Shown here: piece after piece, positions 56,914 through 64,000 of the stretch
Layout of the letters: each line of letters starts with the position of its first letter
How positions within the stretch are numbered: the stretch's first letter is position 1
Origin: Octopus vulgaris
Lineage: Eukaryota
Assembly (NCBI GenBank): GCA_951406725.2
Contig: OX597830.1
Coordinates: forward strand, 21,886,001 to 21,950,000
Direction: 5' to 3'
DNA: 64,000 nt
Translations under genes and position numbers: made by a program
The notes under the pieces: generated by a model
Databases searched by the model: none
What the model saw: the letters and a program-made list of their open reading frames with translations, nothing else
What the model was told of the DNA's origin: nothing

Positions 56914-58775
56914 AAAATGCTTGGTGGCATTTCGTCCGTCTTCATGTTCTGAGTTCAAATTCCGCCAGAGTTGACTGTTTTTTATCCTTTCAGGACCAAT
57001 AAAATAAAGCACCGGTTGAGTACTAGGGTTCAATGTAATCAACTAGTCTCCTCCCCTAAAAAATTTCAGACCTTGCGCCTTTCATAGAAACATTTATTTT
57101 TATTATTATTATGATAAGGTGAGCGAGCTGGCAGAATCATTAGCACATCAGACAAAATGCTTAGTGGTATTTCATGTTACTACATTCTGAGTTCAAATTC
57201 CACCGAGGTCGACTTTGCCTTTCATCCTTTCAGTGTTGATGGAAAAAGTACCAGTTACACACTGGGGTTGATGTAATTGACTAGCCCCCTCCACCAAAAT
57301 TTCAGGCCTTGTGCCTATAGTAGAAAAGATTATTATTATTATTAATGTTTGTACAATATTATATCGTAGTCTCATGATAGCAAAATTACCAAATGGTTTC
57401 ATGTTAGAAATGGAGATTCAACTCCAGCAATCATCAGAAATGGAATATTAAGTCCTGGGCTCTTTGGCACTGGCGGCCTGAAAGTGTCACATCCAGATTA
57501 TGGGTCATAGAGATGCTGAATAAAATCTAGAATGAGATTTATGGAGAAAACCGCCCAGACCAATTCAAAGGAAAGAAATACTTAGTCCACTGGAGTTATG
57601 TCCCTTGAATTAGGACAAAAAAAAAAGTCTATTCCAGTACATATTTGTTTGTAGGAAGAGGGTGGGATAAGGGCAAGGGGTGAAGGAGGGTTAATTTTTA
57701 AACAATGTATGCTTATATTTTTATGGGTTTATATATATTATAAAAGTTGGGTGTGAGGGGACATTATATAAATTTTTCACATTGCAGTGAGCAGGGGGAG
57801 AACATTGATGGTGGGAAGAGCCAATGTTTATATTTATGTTGCAGCTAACCAGTTCACTAAAGGATGCTTGCACTCAGAAGGGCAGGAGCAAAAAGGACTC
57901 ATTTAAAAAATTTTGTCAGGTGCTCAAGTAAAGAGAGAGTTCTTCAACATGATCCTTTTCTCAGCCAAACATAGTCTGCACCTCCTACTGCTGTTAAAGT
58001 AAGGTTTGAAATCCTCCGGTATCTTCTACTTGATTTTGAAAAATACACTACTTTTCTTCAATGTCCATATGTTTCCCAAGGGTTGTAGTATTATGCCTCT
58101 CCTGAACATTATACGAGGACTCGTGGTTTTTGAACCTGGTTCTCAAGGAACCTTCCATTCATTATTATTTAACATCCATTTTTTCATGCTTGCATGAGTC
58201 AGATAAAATTTTGTCAAAGCAGATTTTCACTGGCCTGATGCCCTTTCTGTTGCCAACCCTCACATTGTTGCCAAGCAAGATAATCTTTTTCCACCACTAT
58301 ACATGTTTTTCAAGGCTGGAAACAAACAACCTCACCTCTGTGGTGATGGTGCTCATTTACAAACATCATGCAATATCTAGACAAGGTTACACACACACAT
58401 CTTCTTTCAGTTTCCGTCTACCACTTGTAAGGTTTTGGTTGACCCAGGGCTATGGTACCATGCAGTGGGACTCAACCAAAGACCACATGGTTGGGAAGCA
58501 AGCTTCTTAACCACACAGCCATACCTGCACCCATCCATTACACTCACAGTGCCACACCTGTGCAGGTGCCATGTAAAAAGCAATCAGTCCATTTTGTAGG
58601 GTGATTGGTGTGAGGAAGGGCATCCACCTATAAAAACCATGCCAAACAGACACAGCCTGGGGTAGTCTTCTACTTGGCCAGCTCCTGTCAAACCGTCCAA
58701 CCCATACCAGCATGGAAGGAAGATATCAAACGATGATGATGATTACTGTCCCACTGGAACAGTAATCATATTATT

Positions 58776-59515
58776 AAGGTGATAAGCTAGCAGAATCGTT
58801 AGTAGGCTGGGCAAAATGCTTGGTAATGCAGTTCTATATTTGAGAGATGAGGAATTATGTACATTATATGGCTCAGTGGTTAGAGCATCAAGCTTACGAT
58901 CATGAGGTTGTGAGCTCGAATCCCGGACCGGGCTGCGTGTTGTGTTCTTGAGCAAGGCACTTTATTTCACGTTGCTCCAGTTCACTCAGCTGTAGAAATG
59001 AGTTGCGACGTCACTGGTGCCAAGCTGTATCGACCTTTGTCTTTCCCTTGGATGACACTGGTGGTGTGGAGAGGGAGGCTGGTATGCATGGGCGACTGCT
59101 GGTCTTCCATAAACAACCTTGCCCGGACTTGTGTCTAGGAGGGTAACTTTCTAGGTGCAATCCCATGGTCATTCATGACCGAAGGGGGTCTTTACCCTAT
59201 ACATTTGATGGATATTTGTCCTCATTTTGTTTGTTGTTAACACAACGTTTTGGCTGTTATACCCTCCAGCCTTCATCAGATGTCTTGGGGAAATTTCAAA
59301 CCTGGGTTCTCATTCCTAAGGTATTTTTCCAACATTATTATTATTATTGTTATTCAGTGGACTGAATAATAACATCGGGAAAATACCTTAGGAATGAGAA
59401 CCGAGGTTCGAAATTCCCCCAGAACACCTGATGAAGGCTGGAGAGTACATCAGATGAAACATTGTGTTAACAACAAAGATGAGAACAAATATCCATCAAA
59501 TGTAAATAATGTAAA
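58776..59515. mobile_element. SINE head plus palindromic hammerhead element (copy 2), with a later SINE inserted at 58868-59197
   Basis: Same GTTAGTAGGCTGGGCAAAATGCTTG junction as copy 1. Arms ~59200-59357 and 59361-59513. CTGATGA cores lie on both strands. Confidence 0.85.
59423..59468 (+). ncRNA. Minimal type-I hammerhead ribozyme motif (partly decayed)
   Basis: AACAC CTGATGA A GGCTG-loop-CAGAT GAAAC ATT GTGTT. Stem I AACAC/GTGTT is intact. Confidence 0.65.
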
Positions 59516-60162
59516 ATACGATTAGTTCCACTTGAACAGTAATTATATATATAGGTTGTGAGAACACTACCTCCACCTCGTATATAACAGTTTTTATATC
59601 ATATTGGCAGTTTAGTTGGCAATGGAGTTAACTCAGCATGAACAATCTGCCTCTGTTCTACATTTGGGCCAATTTACTAATATTTTCTTTATGTTAGATG
59701 CACAGCCAAAAGTGACTAACAGTATGTCTTAAATATTTTTCTGTATTTATGTTTCGGAGGAATGGTTATCAACTAAACAAAGGAAAATCCCGCCTGCACA
59801 AGTCTTCACATTAAGGGAAAAATGGGTATGTAAGCTATGCAACCTGGCAGTTTGTGTTTTCTCTTAGTGAGGATAGGGTCAGGCATATAACTAATCTTAT
59901 CCTTGACAGCCATGGCCTTCTAGTGAGGCACAATCCAACTCAAGGGACATAACTCCAGTGAACGAAATATTCATTTTCTCAGTTTTTATACAGCAGCTCC
60001 AAGACCCATAATCTGGATGTGACACTTTCAGGCCGCCAGTGACAAAGAGCCAAGGACATAACTACTCCATTCAGCTATTTCTGATGATGGCTGGATTTGA
60101 ATTTCCACTCCTAACATGAAACCATTTGGTAAGTTTGCTATCATGAGACTATAATATTATAT

Positions 60163-60488
60163 GTGAGGGCGCGTGGCTTAGTGGTTAGGGCATTCGGCTC
60201 ATGATCGTAAGGTTGTGAGTTCGATTCCCGGCGACGCGTTGTGTCCTTGAGCAAGACACTTTATTTCACGTTGCTCCAGTCCACTCAGCTGGCAAAAATG
60301 AGTTGTACTTGTATTTCAAAGGGTCAGCCTTGTCACTCTCTGTGTCACGCTGATTATCCCCGAGAACTACGTTAAGGGTACACGTGTCTGTGGAATGCTC
60401 AGCCATTTGCACGTTAATTTCACGAGCAAGCTGTTCCGTTGATCGTATCAGCTGGGACCCTCGTCGTCGTAACCGGCGGAGTCTTTAG
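60163..60488 (+). mobile_element. Full-length tRNA-derived SINE (head B, tail type 2) with 12-bp TSD
   Basis: ATAATATTATAT at 60151-62 and 60489-500. A box GTGGCTTAGTGG and B box GTTCGATTCC. Confidence 0.9.
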
Positions 60489-61600
60489 ATAATATTATAT
60501 ATAAATAATCCTTTCTACTTAGTGGTATTTCACCCATCGCTGCATCCTGAGTTCAAACCCCACTGAGATCAACTTTACCTTTGATCCTTTCGGGGTCAAT
60601 TAAATAAGTACCAGTTACGCACTGGGGTCGATGTAATCGACTTAATCCCTTCCCCCAAATTTTAGGCCTTGTGCTTTTAGTAGAAACAATTATATTATTC
60701 TTTTATTTGTTTCAGTCATTAGACTGTGACCATGCTGGGGTACCACCTTGATATTTTAGTCGAATGAATCAACTCCAGTACATATTCTGTCAGTCTCCTT
60801 TATGCTGAATCACTAAGTTACAGGGATGCAAACACACCAACACCAGTTGTCAAGCGGTGATAGGGGAAAAACACAAAACAGAAAGACACACACATACATA
60901 CGACGGGCTTATTTGAGTTTCTGTCTACTAAATTCACTTACAAGGCTTTAGTCAAACTGAGGCTATAATAGAAAACACTCACCCGAGGTGCCACACAGTA
61001 GGACTGAACCTAGAACCATGTAGTTGGGAAGCAAACTTCTTACCACACAGCCACAGCTGCACCTACGTATAAATAATTATAGTATATCCATGCTATCTCC
61101 TAATGAGTGACTATTTTTCCAATTCATAGATTTTTAGTCAACTAGATAGATAGTCAGACAGATAGAAAGGTAAGTAGAAGGATAGACATACTAGGGTAGA
61201 CAGATAGATATACTAGTGTAGAACGTGGTATCAAGTTGCATACTAGACTAAAATACTAGTCAATATGATAACTAAAATCGCTTGAAGGTGAGGCTGGTTT
61301 TAGTAAGGCTTCAGTCCCATGAAGCATTTCGCCCAGCATGCTAACAATTCTGCCAGCTTGCTGCCTTAATAATCATAATAATAATCCTTTCTACAAAAGG
61401 CACAAAGCCTGAAATTTTGGGGGAGATGACTCGTCGATTACATTGACCCCAGTGTTTCACTGGTACTTAATTTATTGACCCCAAAAGGATGAATGGCAAA
61501 GTTGACCTCAGCAGAATTTGAACTCAGAACATAGCAATGGGTGAAATACTGCTGTGGACTTCATCCGGCATGCTAACAACTCTGCCAACTCACTGCTTTT

Positions 61601-61636
<36 letters not shown>

Positions 61637-61859
61637 TTTCAAATTCTGGCTCAAGGCCAGTAATTTGGAGGGAGGGAGTAAGTCAATTACATCGAACCCA
61701 GTACTTATCTGGTACTCATTTTATCAACACCGAAAGGATGAAAGTCAAAGTCGACTTCAGTGGAATTTGAACTCAGAATGTAAAGACATGAAATGCCACT
61801 AAGCATTTTGCCCGGTGTGCTAACAGTTCTGCCAGCTTGCTGCCTTAATAATAATAATT

Positions 61860-62195
61860 GCTGGATAATTGACATTGCTATCCCAGAAAGAGAAGGACAA
61901 AGCAGATAGATACCAATTTTTGAAGCATGAGAAAGTATGATTGTGGGAACTGAGAAAAGTGGAGGTTATACCTGATGTTATAGGGGCACTTGGAACGACA
62001 ATAAATCAATTTCAGAAGTGGCTTGGAATCACTATCAACACTGATATGCTCCAGAAAACAGCACAACTCAGAATAGCCAGGATTTTGAGAAGATTAATGT
62101 CGATATAACTGGAATGAGAAAGCTAACAGGATCCATAGTCGTTAGTTATGACCCACTCCTGATCAAAAAATATCGACATACATTCAATCTGAGAA
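61860..62195 (+). mobile_element. RLE-type non-LTR retrotransposon 3' relic (R4-like)
   Basis: Manual translation gives WIIDIAIP and LWELRKVEVIPDVIGALGT. Confidence 0.65.
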
Positions 62196-62219
62196 ATTTG
62201 ACAATAATACTCATTATCA

Positions 62220-63060
62220 TCATTAATGTCCGTTGTCCACGCTGGCATGGATTGGATGGTTTGACAAGGGCTGGCAAGCTGGAAGGCTGCACCAGACTCC
62301 AGTCTGATTTGGCATGGTTTCTACACCTGCATGCCCTTCCTAATGCCAACCACTCCAAGAATGTAATGGGTGCTTTTACATGCCACCAGCATGGGTGCCA
62401 TTTGCATGACACCAGCATCTGCCACGACTGTGATTTTATTTGGCTTGATGGGTCTTCTCAAGCACGGCAATAATTCCAAAGGCCTTGGTCATTCGTCATT
62501 GCCTCCATGAGACCCAACACTCAAAAGGTGCTTTTCATGAAACACCAGCATCGGCTACTTTGAAGGCCCAATGCTTTTTTTTACATGCCACCGGCAGGGG
62601 TGCCAGTTACGTGACACCAGCATCGGCCACAACAACGATTTCACTTAGCTTGACAGGTCTTCTCAAGCACAGCATAATCGCCAATGGTCTTGGTCACTAG
62701 TCATCACCTCTGTGAGGCCCAAAATTCAAAGATCATGCTTCACCAGATCTTTGAATTTTGGTCGGGACGAGGTGGTGAAGCATGATCTTTGAATTTTGGG
62801 CCTCACAGAGGTGATGACTAGTGACCAAGACCTTTGGCGATTTTTTCCTGGGTCTGCTTCTACCACGGGTTCTCTCCACAGTTAGAGAATGGCACTTCTT
62901 TACACAGCTGTCCTCGTCCATACGCATCATACGACCACACCAGAGCAGTCATCTCTCTTGCACACCACATCTGATGCCTCTTATGCCAAACTTTTCTCTC
63001 AAGATGTTTACAATCTGTCATACATAACCACTGACATTGCACATCCATCAAAGCATAATG
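62220..63060 (-). mobile_element. RTE-like LINE 3' end with an internal fold-back inversion
   Basis: RMDEDSCVKKCHSLTVE..RGRSRPRK is a typical RTE C-terminus. A 70-bp inverted repeat lies at 62676-62842. Confidence 0.75.
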
Positions 63061-63082
63061 GCTTCATTTTATGAAGATGATG

Positions 63083-63134
<52 letters not shown>

Positions 63135-63276
63135 GAAAGTAGTGTGTGGATAAAATTTACTTCCCTTATATCACACAAAGGACACTGAGATTTCAACATC
63201 AAACTCAAAACAGATTAAAAATTGATGGTGCTGATGGGAACTATGGATTAAAAAAAAAAAAAAAAGAGAGACAGAC

Positions 63277-63311
<35 letters not shown>

Positions 63312-63370
63312 TGCAGGTGTTCTGCCACTAAGACTGTTTCCAATCTCAGCATCGGCATGTGTTTCCAATC

Positions 63371-63792
63371 TCAGAACCGACGCATGTTTGTGTAGCTCTC
63401 ATAATGTGAATCCCTCATCTGCCCTCCCATGCCCCCACCACCTCCGCCTCCGCCGCCGCCGCCACCTCCGCCACCGCCACCACCACCACCACTCATCATT
63501 CCGCTGTGGTGCGAGTATGAAAATACATTGCCAGGTCCTGTGTTCAACATCAGCCCGCCACTGCCACTACCACCAATCCCTCCGCCGCTGCTGCCACCGC
63601 CACCCATGCCGCTGCCTCTACCAAGATAACCGGAACTGTTCATACTGCTGCTTCCTCCCGCTTGATGGTCATGGTTGGCACTCATACTGCTGCTTATCCA
63701 CCGGTCACTCTGTCGAGATCCTCCACCGCCGCCGCCACCACTGCCCACATTTCCAGACATATTTGACCACTCATCCATTTTCCAGTCAAGAT
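63371..63792 (-). CDS. Last coding exon of a Gly/Ser-rich low-complexity protein, possibly SAFB/SLTM-like RNA-binding protein; gene continues beyond the window
   Basis: Minus-strand acceptor TTTATTTTTTTCTTTCTAG, then an open frame (LDWKMDEWSNMSG...poly-Gly...DRW...HYESYTNMRRF*). A Gly-rich tail ending RR-aromatic recalls SAFB-family C-termini. The family call is inference. Confidence 0.7.
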
Positions 63793-64000
63793 CTAGAAAG
63801 AAAAAAATAAATCATCATCATCATCATCATCATCGTTTAACGTCCGTTTTCCATGCTGGCATCGGTTGGACAATTCGACTGGTGTCTGGGAGGCCAGGAG
63901 GCTGCACCAGGCCCCAATCTGATCTGGCAGGGTTTCTACAGCTGGATACCCTTCCTAACACCAATCACTCCGAGTGTAGTGGGTGCTTTTTACATGCCGC

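Noticed and set aside
63388-63810. Plus-strand His/Arg-rich and poly-Pro ORFs
   Set aside because: They are antisense shadows of the Gly-rich minus-strand exon, which has a proper splice acceptor.

Overview
Eukaryotic, AT-rich, repeat-dense genomic DNA. The microsatellites ((TA)n, (CA)n, (TACA)n, (GATA)n) and abundant tRNA-derived SINEs suggest a cephalopod/octopus genome; this is inference from repeat style only. Nearly all ORFs in the supplied track are microsatellite artefacts. Two host genes are supportable: an uninterrupted JMJD5/KDM8 CDS (+, 49052-50578) and the Gly-rich last coding exon of a convergent gene (-, 63371-63792, possibly SAFB/SLTM-like). The rest is transposon material: a full-length but inactivated Tc1, mariner/maT relics, RTE and RLE-type LINE fragments, Helitron pieces, a Penelope GIY-YIG fragment, MITEs and SINEs that swap heads and tails. 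The most striking unexplained signal, read by eye, is a set of short non-coding elements carrying minimal type-I hammerhead-ribozyme motifs. Several sit as inverted fold-back pairs with a motif on each strand. One such palindrome is inside a SINE between 10-bp direct repeats and recurs 2.3 kb away together with the SINE head. A separate family consistently carries a non-canonical core (CUGUnGA). No tools were run, so repeat boundaries are approximate.
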